In this document: one piece after another, positions 48,940 through 59,316 of the stretch
Layout: each line of letters begins with the position of its first letter
Numbering within the stretch: the stretch's first letter is position 1
Assembly: GCA_965249275.1 (NCBI GenBank)
Contig: CBDFLQ010000007.1
Location: 128,001-192,000 of the forward strand
Direction: 5' to 3'
DNA: 64,000 nucleotides
DNA from: Dehalococcoidia bacterium
GTDB lineage: Bacteria; Chloroflexota; Dehalococcoidia; Plut-88900
Position numbers and translations under genes: made by a program
The notes under the pieces: generated by a model
Told to the model about the DNA's origin: nothing
The model's input: the letters and a program-made list of their open reading frames with translations, nothing else
The model's database searches: none

Positions 48940-51900
48940 TTAGGAGGGTTGTTGGGTGGGGCGGGGGGCGGCTGATACCATCTGGGCTGCGACCAGCTGG
49001 GCGTAGAGGCCGTTTCGTTCCATCAACTCGTCGTGGCTGCCCTCTTCGACTTTGCGACCACGGTCGAGGACTATCAACTTGTCGGCGTCTCGGACTGTGG
49101 AGAGCCGGTGGGCGATGATGACTGTGCTTCTGCCGGACATCAGGCGGTTGAGGGCCTGTCGCACCTGGTGCTCGCTGACGGCGTCGAGATGGGAGGTGGC
49201 TTCGTCGAGGATGAGGACTGGGGCGTTCTTTAAGAGGGCTCGGGCGATGGAGATGCGTTGGCGCTGACCGCCGGAGAGCTGCATTCCCCGCTCGCCGACC
49301 ATGGTGTCGTAGCCCTCAGGGAAAGAGGATACGAAGCCGTGAGCATTGGCCTGCTGGGCGGCTTCCTCGATCTCTTCCTGGGAAGCCCCGAATTTGCCCA
49401 AGGCGATGTTGTCCCCGATGCTGGCGTTGAAGAGATAGGTGTCCTGGGTGACGAAGGCGATGCTGTCTCGTAGGGGGTCGAGCCGGAATTCCTTCAGGTT
49501 GTGATTGCCCAGGGATACCTCGCCGGACTGAGGATCCCAAAAGCGCATTAGGAGATAGGCGCAGGTGCTCTTACCCGCCCCCGACCTTCCGACAAGGGCC
49601 ACGGTCTGCCCGGGCTCGATGGTGAAGCTGAGATCGGAGACGGCCTGGGGAAGGCCCGGACCGTAGGCGAAGGAAGTGCCTTCGAAGCGGACCAAGGGCG
49701 CTGTGGGCACTGCAACCTCTCCGGGTGCAGCTACGCCGGGACCGTCCTGGACGGACATAGGTTCATCGTGGACGGCGAAGACGCGGCGGCCTGCGGCAAG
49801 GGTCTCCATGAGGTCCTTGCCGGTGCGTGCGAGGTCTGATACGGGAGAGAAGGTGGAGAGGGCAAGGAGGGCGGCAAGGGGCAGGTCAGGACGGTCCATC
49901 CTGCCTTCCAAAACTAGCCATGCGCCCATTGCCAGTACCGCAAGGCCCCCAAGCCCCGTGATCGATTCTATGAAGGAGGTCTGCGACTCCTGGGCCTTCT
50001 TGAACTTGAGCTGGCTCCCTGCGAAGTCCCAACCCCGTTCTCGGATGTCGCCGGTCCTTGCGGGGCCCTGATCGAAGGCGGATATCTCCCGCATTCCCTG
50101 GATGTTATCGACCATCTGGGCATGGATGCCGCCGAGCTTGCTCAGCACTTCGTCGCCGAGACGTTCGTTGGTCTTCTGGGCGTAGAAGGGGCGGATTGCA
50201 ACGGCGAAGAGGAAAGGCAAAAGAACAATGGCGAGGGGCCAGGAGATGAGGGCAAGGGTGATGAGGACGGCAAGGGGCACGACAAAGGCCACGAAGGCCG
50301 GGCTGATGGTGTGGGCGAAGAAATACTCGATCTTCTCGATGTCTCCGCCGACGACACCTACGATGTCCCCAGACCTACGTTTAACCAGATAGGCGGGGGC
50401 TATGGCGTCCATCTTGCGGTACATGTCGATACGCATCTCGGCCAGGAGCCTGTAGGCGAGGTCGTGGGCGAGCCAGCCCTCGGCCCAAGTGAAGAATGCG
50501 GTGAGCGGGGCAAAGACCGCGAGGAGGATGAGGTATAGGGTCAGGTCTCCGCCCCGGAACACTTCGCCGACCAGCAACGCGCTGATCACGCCAAGTCCGA
50601 TTATGGAGCCGTGATGGGCAATGCCCAAGAGGAAAGTGACAGTCTGCTGTTTCCACCAGGGGACGATAAGTGTCATCAACCTCCGGAGGATCGTGAACGC
50701 GCCCATTGGATAAGAAGCCTCGAGAGCGGCAGGCGCAGGCAGGGGTTCCTCCTCGTGGGGTGGGGAGGCGAGGCCATCGACGGCGCTGGTGAGCTGGTCT
50801 ACAGTTGCGAGATTTGCCGGGCGGGAGGCAAACCCGGCGGTCTGCTGGTCGGCCATGAGCCGGGCGTAGATACCGTCGGCGGCGATAAGCTCGTCGTGGG
50901 AGCCTATTTCGACGAGATGGCTGTCTTCCAGGACGAGGATACGGTCGGCACCGACGATGCTGGAGAGGCGGTGGGCGATTATCAGGGTTGTGCGGCCTTG
51001 CATGAGCCGGTCCAGGGCTTCCTGGATTACGGCCTCGTTTTCGGCGTCCACGCTGGACAGGGCCTCGTCGAGGATAAGGATTGGGGCATCCTTCAGGAGG
51101 GCTCGAGCGATGGCGATGCGCTGCCGCTGGCCGCCCGAGAGGCGGATAGCCCTCTCACCAACATAGGTGTCGTAGCCCTGGGGGAGCTCGGAGATGAACT
51201 CGTGGGCATTGGCGGCTCTTGCGGCGGCTTCCAATTGTTCCTGGGTGGCGTCGCCCTTGCCGAACCTGAGGTTGTCGGCGACGGTGCCATGAAAGAGGTA
51301 GGTGTCCTGGGTGACGACCGCGATCTGCTCCCGGATTCGTTCGAGGGGAAGGTCTTTCAAGTCCTGTCCGCCGAGAAGAATGCGGCCCTTCTGGGGATCG
51401 AAGAAGCGATATGCCAGCCAGACGAGGGTCGATTTTCCTGCACCACTTGGCCCCGCCACACCTAGCTTTTCACCCTTGCCCAGGGTGAACGATACGTTCT
51501 CAAGGGCGTTGCCCCGGCCCTGATTGTAGCCGAAGGTAACGTTTTCGAAGCGGATTTCGGCGGCGAGGGGAGCGGTATTAGGGGTGTCGGGAGTGGGTGT
51601 GTTCCTGGGGCCTTCGATCTCTACGGGCTCTGCCATGAGGTTGAAGATGCTCTGCGCGGCTGCACTTGCGATCATGCCTTTGTGATAGAGCTGGGTCAGT
51701 TCCCGGAGAGGCCTGAAGACCTCGACGCCGAACATCATGACGATCAGGAGAGTTCGAATCTCCATGTCACCGGCGCTGACCCGGGCTGCTCCCACGCCGA
51801 GGGCGACGGCTGCACCGGCAGAGATTCCCAGCACGGTAACGCCGCCGGTGGCAATGTTGGCGGCGAGGACACCCATAGTGCTTCGATATAGGGCACGGGC

Positions 51901-52575
51901 CTTGTCCGCCAGCCGATCGCCGTGCCGGCCACTTTGGCCGTAGGCCTTCAGGGTGGCAAGACCCTGCACACCGTCCAGGAAGTCGGCGCCCAGGGAGCCG
52001 TAGGAGCGGTAGCGGTGCATGCTGCTCTTCTGGTTCCAGCTGTGGAAGACCGCCGGAGCGACGAGGGTGAAGAGGGCGAAGCCGAGGAAGATAAGAGCAA
52101 TGGGCAGGTCCAGGATGGCCATGAATACGAAGATGAGAATCGGGGCGACGGCGGCAATGATGATCTGGGGAAGGTATTGGCCGAAGAAGGTCTCCAGGCC
52201 CTCGACGCCATCGCCGAGGGTGAGGATCACGCCACCTGTGCGACGCTGGTCGAAGTGACCCGGGCCAAGGGCTAGGCAGTGCTGATAAAGATTCTCACGA
52301 ATCTTTATCTTGACGATGTTGGAAGTGTGATGAGCGTAGCTGTTCTGCAGGTATTGGAATACTCCTCGGACGCCGATGAGGATGGCGACGCCGATCATGG
52401 GAAAAGCAAGGGAGGAGTACTCGGCTTGTCCGCGAAAGACCCGGGCGATGACTATGCCGAAGATAGCGAGGCCGGCGACTCCAGCGCCAACGGCAATAAG
52501 CCCCAGCACTGTGGAAAGAAAGATACGGAGCCGAACGCCCTGCGTAAGCTGGAACAGTCTCAGATCGAAGTACAT
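48940..52575 (-). CDS. Fused double ABC exporter (TMD-NBD-TMD-NBD, CydD/CydC-like)
   Basis: Two Walker A motifs (GPSGAGKS, GRSGAGKS), two LSGGQ signatures, two LDEA motifs and two TM domains; start MYFDLRLF. Confidence 0.88.
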   Translation of the reverse strand: MYFDLRLFQLTQGVRLRIFLSTVLGLIAVGAGVAGLAIFGIVIARVFRGQAEYSSLAFPMIGVAILIGVRGVFQYLQNSYAHHTSNIVKIKIRENLYQHCLALGPGHFDQRRTGGVILTLGDGVEGLETFFGQYLPQIIIAAVAPILIFVFMAILDLPIALIFLGFALFTLVAPAVFHSWNQKSSMHRYRSYGSLGADFLDGVQGLATLKAYGQSGRHGDRLADKARALYRSTMGVLAANIATGGVTVLGISAGAAVALGVGAARVSAGDMEIRTLLIVMMFGVEVFRPLRELTQLYHKGMIASAAAQSIFNLMAEPVEIEGPRNTPTPDTPNTAPLAAEIRFENVTFGYNQGRGNALENVSFTLGKGEKLGVAGPSGAGKSTLVWLAYRFFDPQKGRILLGGQDLKDLPLERIREQIAVVTQDTYLFHGTVADNLRFGKGDATQEQLEAAARAANAHEFISELPQGYDTYVGERAIRLSGGQRQRIAIARALLKDAPILILDEALSSVDAENEAVIQEALDRLMQGRTTLIIAHRLSSIVGADRILVLEDSHLVEIGSHDELIAADGIYARLMADQQTAGFASRPANLATVDQLTSAVDGLASPPHEEEPLPAPAALEASYPMGAFTILRRLMTLIVPWWKQQTVTFLLGIAHHGSIIGLGVISALLVGEVFRGGDLTLYLILLAVFAPLTAFFTWAEGWLAHDLAYRLLAEMRIDMYRKMDAIAPAYLVKRRSGDIVGVVGGDIEKIEYFFAHTISPAFVAFVVPLAVLITLALISWPLAIVLLPFLFAVAIRPFYAQKTNERLGDEVLSKLGGIHAQMVDNIQGMREISAFDQGPARTGDIRERGWDFAGSQLKFKKAQESQTSFIESITGLGGLAVLAMGAWLVLEGRMDRPDLPLAALLALSTFSPVSDLARTGKDLMETLAAGRRVFAVHDEPMSVQDGPGVAAPGEVAVPTAPLVRFEGTSFAYGPGLPQAVSDLSFTIEPGQTVALVGRSGAGKSTCAYLLMRFWDPQSGEVSLGNHNLKEFRLDPLRDSIAFVTQDTYLFNASIGDNIALGKFGASQEEIEEAAQQANAHGFVSSFPEGYDTMVGERGMQLSGGQRQRISIARALLKNAPVLILDEATSHLDAVSEHQVRQALNRLMSGRSTVIIAHRLSTVRDADKLIVLDRGRKVEEGSHDELMERNGLYAQLVAAQMVSAAPRPTQQPS

Positions 52576-52821
52576 GAAGCCTCTAGGCCAGTTTGTCGTA
52601 GAAAGAGCCCTGGCGCAAGGGTTGCTAGCCGGGGCTCTGTTCGGTGGATTATACAGTCGGGCACAGAATACGGCAAACGAGGAGCGGTGCGTTGTATTGA
52701 CTCCCCAAGTGGATTCGCTTAGCGTATCCGGCTGTATGTGGGGAGGAGCGACCAGCCGCTCGCCCCTATGGGTTGGAGGTTCACGGAACACAAGCAAGAA
52801 CGGAAAGGGTGCAAGAAGAAT

Positions 52822-53958
52822 ATGAAGGACTACATAGCCGTCGACGTGGACGGTCACATCATGGAGCCACCCGACCTTTTCGAAAATAACCTGGAACCGA
52901 AGTATCGGGACCGGGCCTATAAGCTCGTGTTGGACGACCAAGGGGTCGAGCACCCGGTTATGGACAACATATGGCTGGACGATACGAGGCCGGTGGGCAC
53001 AGTGTCGGTGTACGGCGCTGTTGACAAGCCCATGGAGGACTACCTGGCGGGGAAGGTGCACTACCGGGACTCGATGGTCCCGGGGGCATGGGTGCCGGAT
53101 GAAAGGCTCAAGGTGATGGACGAGGAGGGGATCGATATTGCGTTGTTCTACCCGTCGCTAGGTCTGGACTGGGAGAGCTCCAGCGACGACGCCGACCTCG
53201 TGGCGGCCCACTGCCGGGTGTACAACGACTGGCTGATCGACTTCTGCAGCACCGATCCCAGCCGACTAGTGCCGATAGCTCACGTGTCTTTCATGGATGT
53301 CGAGCAGGCGGTGGCGGAGACCAGGCGGGTGGCAGATCTTGGGGCGAAGGGACTGATGTTACTTGCGTTTCCGCCAAGAAAGGGTCAGCCGTATGGCGAG
53401 CCGGAGTTCGACCCGATATGGTCGGAAGCCGAAAGCCTCGGGCTGCCTGTCGGGGTACATGTTCACGGGGGCGGGACCCGATTTGGCGGTGATTATTTCT
53501 ACCCGCACCCCTGGAAGGCGTCTTGGTGGTGGTGGTTCGTCACGGCAGCGAAGTTTGTGGTGGACTCGATGACCTCGCTGTTCCAGGGAGGTCTTTTCGA
53601 CAGGTTCCCAAACCTTCAGGTGATCGCGTTGGAGGCAGGCTGCGGCTGGCTGGCCTACTGGCTGGAGCGGATGGACGAATATTTCGAAAGGTACGGCTTC
53701 GAGACGTCGATGCAGCTTAAGCCGAGCGAATACTTCAATCGACAATGCTGGATATCGATGGAGCCCAGCGAGAAGATTGGCCTTACGATGATGCAGCTTC
53801 TCGGGGCCGACCGGTTCCTCTGGGCTTCCGATTACCCCCACTCCGATGCAGAGATGGGGACCGTGGCACAACTGAAGAAGAACCTTGCCCCCCTTCCGGA
53901 TGCGGAGTTCCGAAAGATACTGGGGGAGAATGCGGTCAAGCTGTATCAGCTTGGGTGA
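52822..53958 (+). CDS. Amidohydrolase_2 family protein
   Basis: DVDGHIMEP, YNDW, EAGCGW, SDYPHSD; paralog of 11708-12859. Confidence 0.9.
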   Translation: MKDYIAVDVDGHIMEPPDLFENNLEPKYRDRAYKLVLDDQGVEHPVMDNIWLDDTRPVGTVSVYGAVDKPMEDYLAGKVHYRDSMVPGAWVPDERLKVMDEEGIDIALFYPSLGLDWESSSDDADLVAAHCRVYNDWLIDFCSTDPSRLVPIAHVSFMDVEQAVAETRRVADLGAKGLMLLAFPPRKGQPYGEPEFDPIWSEAESLGLPVGVHVHGGGTRFGGDYFYPHPWKASWWWWFVTAAKFVVDSMTSLFQGGLFDRFPNLQVIALEAGCGWLAYWLERMDEYFERYGFETSMQLKPSEYFNRQCWISMEPSEKIGLTMMQLLGADRFLWASDYPHSDAEMGTVAQLKKNLAPLPDAEFRKILGENAVKLYQLG

Positions 53959-54106
53959 TTTTACATAATGCGTCGATGGGCGGTCTATGGCGAGGGTGGG
54001 ATGAGTGATTTTGTGAGGGACTTCGTTACATAAAGTGCGCGTTTGTCTTTTGGGATACATCCTCACTCTCTTCAGCGAGTCTTCGACCCTAGCCCTTTCC
54101 CGTCAA

Positions 54107-54421
54107 GAGAGCTTTGCACAACTACAGGTTGCCTCTGCTGTACTGTCCGGATCACGTAACCTCCACCCCCCGCTCATACTTCGAGAGCCTCAGCACGAGC
54201 GGCCCCGGCCCCACCGCGGGAGGTTAGGCAAAAATCTCATCAAGGGAGAGGGGATGGAACGCTCGCACATCATTCAGTTCTTGGGATCCCCTTCGAGAGC
54301 CTCAGGACAGGCTTCGACTTCGCTAACGCCACGGCGCATCTTCGACAGGGCGAGCGGAATACCCCGCCCCTGGGGATGGAGCCCGACTCGGGAGCAGAAA
54401 TGTCGGTTATGCAAGGGTCTC
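54107..54421. mobile_element. MITE-like element (GAGA[G/C]CTTTGCA ends) filled with REP units
   Basis: GAGAGCTTTGCACAAC ... GTTATGCAAGGGTCTC; insertion at 54326-54346. Confidence 0.6.
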
Positions 54422-54464
54422 ATACCGGAAACACAATGCGGGCTCATGCTGGAAAGGTGAATCG

Positions 54465-55385
54465 ATGCCAAAGATTGGACTGGTAGGGCTGGGAGTTATC
54501 GGGCGGATATACGCTGCCAACCTGACAAGGACTTTCGGGCCGATATATGTCTATGACAGCGTTCGGGAGCGGATGGCGGCAGTAGAGAAGCTGGGGGCTC
54601 TGGCGTCGGAGAGTGGGGCGGACTTGGCGAGGTTGTCGGAGGTGGTGTTGCTGGCGCTGCCAAACCCCGAAGCGGTGAGGGCGGCGGTAGATGGGAAGGA
54701 TGGCGTGTTAGAGGGGGCTCGGCCAGGGACAGTCATTGTGGACCTGAGCACCATTGACCCGAAGACTGCCATTGAGATGTATGCTTGGGCGAAGGAGCGG
54801 GGTGTTGACTACCTGGACTCTCCGATAAGCGGGGGGCAGCCAGGTGGGGCGGGCACCGACGGGGCGAAGGCGGCCAACGTAACCTTCATGGTGAGCGGGG
54901 ACCGAGGCGCATTCGAGAAGGCAAAGCCTGTGATGGAAGCGCTCGGCGAGAAGTTCTTCTTTCTGGGGGAGGCAGGGACGGGGACGAAGGTAAAGCTGCT
55001 GAGCAACTTCGTTAGTGGGATGGTCAACTTGATCTCGGCGGAAGCGTTTGCTCTCGGGGCGGCGGCGGGCATCGATGCGAAGACCCTGATGGACGTGTTT
55101 GACGAGACGGACGCCGACTGCTACTTCATGCAGAACTATGTCCGGCCGAGAATCGAGCGGGGTGATTTCGAGCCGGGCTTCTCGGTTGACCTGCAGTACA
55201 AGGACTTGAAGCTGACCAGCGAATGGAGCAGGGAGGAGGGGGTTCCCACCCCCATCAATGACCTGGGCGTGCAGCTATACCAGATGGCTCGGGCGGCGGG
55301 GCTGGGGCATAAGGACCTGGTGGAGTCGGTGAATTATTGGGCGCGGGTGTCGGGGGTGGAGTTGGTAACGGGTGACAGGGCTTGA
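54465..55385 (+). CDS. 3-hydroxyisobutyrate/beta-hydroxyacid dehydrogenase family protein
   Basis: GLVGLGVIG, DLSTIDP, DSPISGG, KLLSN, KDL. Confidence 0.88.
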   Translation: MPKIGLVGLGVIGRIYAANLTRTFGPIYVYDSVRERMAAVEKLGALASESGADLARLSEVVLLALPNPEAVRAAVDGKDGVLEGARPGTVIVDLSTIDPKTAIEMYAWAKERGVDYLDSPISGGQPGGAGTDGAKAANVTFMVSGDRGAFEKAKPVMEALGEKFFFLGEAGTGTKVKLLSNFVSGMVNLISAEAFALGAAAGIDAKTLMDVFDETDADCYFMQNYVRPRIERGDFEPGFSVDLQYKDLKLTSEWSREEGVPTPINDLGVQLYQMARAAGLGHKDLVESVNYWARVSGVELVTGDRA

Positions 55386-55399
55386 GCGCAGGCTCTAGC

Positions 55400-56110
55400 A
55401 CGCCGCTCATACTTCGATGCTTCATAGGCGGACTTGCAGCGGGCTAAGTATGAGCGGCCCCGCCTCCGGAGACTGGATTCACGCCATGGCGCACGCCAAA
55501 GGCGCATCCTCCCGAGGCGGACGTTCCGCTTGCAGCATCTTCGACCGGCTCGGAGGCCGAAATGACGGAGAGGGAGGGGCAGGATGAGGGTGTTTTAGGG
55601 GTGGGAGTCGTAGGGATGTACGTCCGGTAGGGATATATGCCTTAGGTTCCTCGCGGGGCATCGGAATGGCATGGTTGGGGTGGTGGGTTGGCGAAGAAGT
55701 TTCGCGGTGGACGCTTGTGCAACTCCGGGTTGGGGCGGAAACGCCCTGCCCATTCCGCTCTTGAGACCCTTCGACTCGGCTTACGCTATGGCGCATCTTC
55801 GACAGGGCGAGCGGAATGCCCCGCCTTTGGGGAGGTATTCACGCCTCGGCGCACGCCAAAGGCGCACTTTCAGCATCTTCGACCGGCTCGGAGGCCGGAA
55901 TGACGGAGAGGTAGGGGCAGGATGAAAAGGTTTTAGTGGTGGAGAGCGATATGGGTACGACTACTAGGGACATGCGCCTTAGATTCCTCGCGGAGCCTCG
56001 GAATGACAATGATTAGGGTGGTGGGTTGGGGGCGGAGGGACGTGACAGATTGGCAGTGCGTGGACTCCCCCCGCTCATACTTCGACGGGCTCAGCACGAG
56101 CGGCCCCGCC
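55400..56110. repeat. Large REP mosaic with an internal ~200-bp duplication and nested insertions
   Basis: About 55476-55690 resembles about 55836-56030; insertions at 55418, 55481-55545, 55783 and 55841-55883. Confidence 0.78.
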
Positions 56111-57256
56111 TCAGGACAGGCCGTAGAGGCGGGCGCAGTTGTCCCAGAGGATCTTTCGCAGGCTGTCGTGGGGGAAATCGAGGGTGAGTAGCATCTCCAC
56201 GGACTTGGGGTAGCGGCTGTCGGGGTGGGGGTAGTCGGTGGAAAAGACAATGTTGTCATCGCCAAGCCAGTCGATGGCATACTTGCCGGGCGCTTCGTCG
56301 GCCTCGACGGAGGTGAAGCACTGGCGTTTGAAGTACTCGGAGGGCATGAGGGGCAGCCTATCCTTGAGAATCGACTCCCTGTGCTCGTAGTGCTCGTCCA
56401 TGCGCCAGATCCAGAACGGCGACCAGCTGCAATTCCCTTCGAGGAAAGCGAACCTTAGAGTTGGAAATCTCTGGGTGACGCCCCCCATGATGATCGCGAG
56501 GCAGGCGTACATCTGCTCTATGGGATGGGCGGCCAGGTGCTCGGTAGTCCAGAGGTTTTCGTGGTTGCCGTCGAAACGTTCTCCCATAGCAACAGGAAGC
56601 TCACAGGGAGTGCCTTCGTGGAAACCGACGGCGAGGTCGAATGCCTGGCACTCGGCCCAAAGAGGGTCATAGTAGGGGTGGTTCCAGTTGCGGCCCTGGA
56701 CGGGGTTGGGGCGCAGGAATACGCCCTTGAAGCCGAAGTCCTGGGCCACGCGTCGGGTCTCCGCAATGGCGGCGTCTATATTCTGGGCAGGGACCATGCC
56801 CGAACCGAACATCCTCTTGGAGTCGCCCTGGCAGAACTCGGCGAGCCAGTCATTGTAGGCGCGCGATATGGCTGCTGCCAGCTGATCATCGTCGTAGACC
56901 TTGGCGTGGGCGAAGAGGCCCATGGAAGGGAAAAGCAAGGCCAGGTCTATCCCCTCAGCGTCCATGGCCTCGACCTGGGTGTCGGGGCCCCAGCCCCGGT
57001 CCTGGAAGGCGAGGAATTCATCGAACCTGCCGTAGCGCTTGGCTAATTCGACGTACATTTCCCCTTCGTCGGCGAAGTTGTCCTGATTGCGGGCGATGAC
57101 TCTACCATCGTGCTTGAGACGAAGGTCCATGAAGTACTCTTCCGCACCTACGGGGGCGAGGTCACGGAACTCGGGTGAGATGTAGGTCTGCCAGAGGTCG
57201 GCGGGCTCCATGACGTGCATGTCGCTGTCGATGACCTTGAAACCGTCCTTAGCCAT
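56111..57256 (-). CDS. Amidohydrolase_2 family protein
   Basis: DSDMHVMEP, YNDW, FHE, EGNCSW, TDYPHPD. Confidence 0.9.
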   Translation of the reverse strand: MAKDGFKVIDSDMHVMEPADLWQTYISPEFRDLAPVGAEEYFMDLRLKHDGRVIARNQDNFADEGEMYVELAKRYGRFDEFLAFQDRGWGPDTQVEAMDAEGIDLALLFPSMGLFAHAKVYDDDQLAAAISRAYNDWLAEFCQGDSKRMFGSGMVPAQNIDAAIAETRRVAQDFGFKGVFLRPNPVQGRNWNHPYYDPLWAECQAFDLAVGFHEGTPCELPVAMGERFDGNHENLWTTEHLAAHPIEQMYACLAIIMGGVTQRFPTLRFAFLEGNCSWSPFWIWRMDEHYEHRESILKDRLPLMPSEYFKRQCFTSVEADEAPGKYAIDWLGDDNIVFSTDYPHPDSRYPKSVEMLLTLDFPHDSLRKILWDNCARLYGLS

Positions 57257-57299
57257 TGCGGTGCCCTCCTTCGGGCTGGGGGTCTTTTGCAAGCCAGTA

Positions 57300-57475
57300 T
57301 CACTCTCTCGCGCCTCGGCGAGACTACGGCCTCAGCCCTCTCGCGCCTCGGCGCATCTCCGACCCATCGAGATATCTTTGCGTAACTGCTGATCACGCTA
57401 GTGGTGCCATCCAGGTTACCTGACGTCCCTCCCCCGCTCATACTTCGAGAGCCTCAGCACGAGCGGCCCCGGCCC
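57300..57475. repeat. REP mosaic with two 21-bp insertions
   Basis: Insertions at 57310-57330 and 57343-57363; REP unit at 57431-57470. Confidence 0.7.
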
Positions 57476-57523
57476 CTCCGGCAGGCAGAGGTTTCCTTAG
57501 TGCATTGTCCACCTTGGGCGTGG

Positions 57524-58138
57524 CTACTGCAACGGGTTGAAACGCATTGCGAGGCGAGGAAGCCAGTTACACGGGCGGTCGGGGAGGGGTCCTCGGACGA
57601 TTTCGAAGCCGGCGCGTTTGAAGAGGGGCTCGGTTCCGAAAAAGATATTGTCGGCGCCGGTGCGCTCGTTTCCGGCTCGGGGGTAGGCCTCCACGACAGG
57701 AGCGCCGTACTCGAATGCATATCGAGCCGCTGCCCGAATAAGGGCCACGGCGACGCCCTGGCCGCGTGCATTCCTGTGGACGGTCACGCAAGGGATAACC
57801 CAGACATCCTGATCGTCCACCCTGGGTGTGGCCCGGGACTTCTCGATGCGAGCAAGCTCGCTCCGGGGGGCGACGGCAACCCAGCCCACGGGGTCTTCTC
57901 CCTGGAAGGCGAGGAGGCCCGGAGCGTAAGAGCGTCGGGCCAGGTCTTCCATAGCTGCACGGCGGCGCTGAGAGCCGGACCCTTCGCCGGGGAGCTTCTT
58001 CCATTGGGCGCCTGGGATACGAGGGAACATGCACCAGCAGGTACTGCCCCAGCTTCCCCGGAGGACTGTCCTCATGCTGTCCAACAGGTCGGGGGTCAGG
58101 GGTCTGATGTCCAGAGTAGATGTCCCGGTAGTAGTCAT
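57524..58138 (-). CDS. GNAT family N-acetyltransferase
   Basis: CWCM, PVGWVAVAPR, RGQGVA, VEAYP, FKRAGF. Confidence 0.88.
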   Translation of the reverse strand: MTTTGTSTLDIRPLTPDLLDSMRTVLRGSWGSTCWCMFPRIPGAQWKKLPGEGSGSQRRRAAMEDLARRSYAPGLLAFQGEDPVGWVAVAPRSELARIEKSRATPRVDDQDVWVIPCVTVHRNARGQGVAVALIRAAARYAFEYGAPVVEAYPRAGNERTGADNIFFGTEPLFKRAGFEIVRGPLPDRPCNWLPRLAMRFNPLQ

Positions 58139-58323
58139 AAGCTGATTACCCCCTGACTGCAAGTCTATATGGCCAAATCAGGATTAGGATGCGAAAGTAT
58201 CCCGCGTAAGGATAACAGGTAAAAAAGCCCGGTTTGACCTATGGGTAACAAGGGGCCCGAAGCGTTGGGGTGGGGGCTTAGAAGTTACCGATCGGGAGGG
58301 GGCCTATGGCCTTGCGACCGTGG

Positions 58324-58587
58324 CTACCAGCGGGGGCGGCGGGGCTCTTTGGGTCGGGCCCGGTCTACGGTAAGGGGTCTGCCCTTGAGCTCTTTACCAT
58401 TCAGGCCTTGAACCGCAGCTTCACCTTCGCGCTCGTCAGTCATCTCGACGAAACCGAAACCGCGTGAGCGGCCGGAATAGGGGTCGGTGATCACGCGTGC
58501 CGAGTCGACAGTGCCGAAGGGGTCGAAAGCTTCTTTCAACTCCTCATCGGTCAGACTATAGGGAAGGTTGCCGACGAAAATGTTCAT
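58324..58587 (-). CDS. RRM RNA-binding protein
   Basis: IFVGNL and RGFGFVEM. Confidence 0.95.
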   Translation of the reverse strand: MNIFVGNLPYSLTDEELKEAFDPFGTVDSARVITDPYSGRSRGFGFVEMTDEREGEAAVQGLNGKELKGRPLTVDRARPKEPRRPRW

Positions 58588-58927
58588 GAACAGGTCCTCC
58601 AGGGCCAAGTATCTCCTGCTTCGAAACCCCTATCTTCCAAGCTGGAAGCAAGCGTTTACTACGCCCTTTCGGGGATACCGAAGATGGGGAGCATTCTACC
58701 ATACAAAAGATAAATGCAACTACCAGAACACATTGTTACGCATTTCCCAAAGACTCTTACATAAGGTGTATTTAAGGGCTTAGCCAGCGAGTGGAGCAGG
58801 GGCAACGTTGGGAAACAATGCGTCCCGTTTGCCGGCAGTCGTATAATCACCAGAACTCCTTGGAAGGGCGACCGTCGCCCTTCCGGAACATCAAAGAGAC
58901 CGCCGGGGAATTGGGGGATATTGGGTC

Positions 58928-59308
58928 ATGGGCGCGCGGCGTCAACTTATCGACGTAACTTATTCGTTCTTAGTCGCGCTAGGGATTGCGGTGATTATGA
59001 TTATGATCGTCACCGCGTTCCAGGACCGGCCCGACCTGGATGACGAGACACGGGAGCGGGTAGGGTTTCTTCTGCTGTTCCCGGTGTCTATTGCGATAAT
59101 AACGGGGACGATAGGCTTCGGGCTGTCGCTGATAAATTGGAGGGAATGGCGCCTGTTGATACTGGCGTTCCTGGGGGTGATAAGCCTAGTAAATGCAATA
59201 CTTGACGTATCGAACGCGCTTACCTATTTTGGCGTATCGATTTTCCTAGTGTTCGGAATGTATTTTGCCGTGGAGTGGTTCGGGGTCCGGCGTCGGCGCA
59301 GGGTCTAA
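58928..59308 (+). CDS. Hypothetical 4-TM membrane protein
   Basis: 126-aa ORF with four hydrophobic segments and a basic C-terminal tail. Confidence 0.65.
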   Translation: MGARRQLIDVTYSFLVALGIAVIMIMIVTAFQDRPDLDDETRERVGFLLLFPVSIAIITGTIGFGLSLINWREWRLLILAFLGVISLVNAILDVSNALTYFGVSIFLVFGMYFAVEWFGVRRRRRV

Positions 59309-59316
59309 GGCCGGGC

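Noticed and set aside
48324-49118. ORFs across the REP mosaic (264, 162 and 101 aa), and similar ones at 54035-54460 and 55479-56280
   Set aside because: They translate REP units (e.g. PFDGAQGER, LILREPQHER); these are GC-rich open frames without coding signal.
55400-56110. Repeat clusters as a CRISPR array
   Set aside because: Units are heterogeneous palindromes with irregular spacing, no constant repeat-spacer period, and no cas genes.
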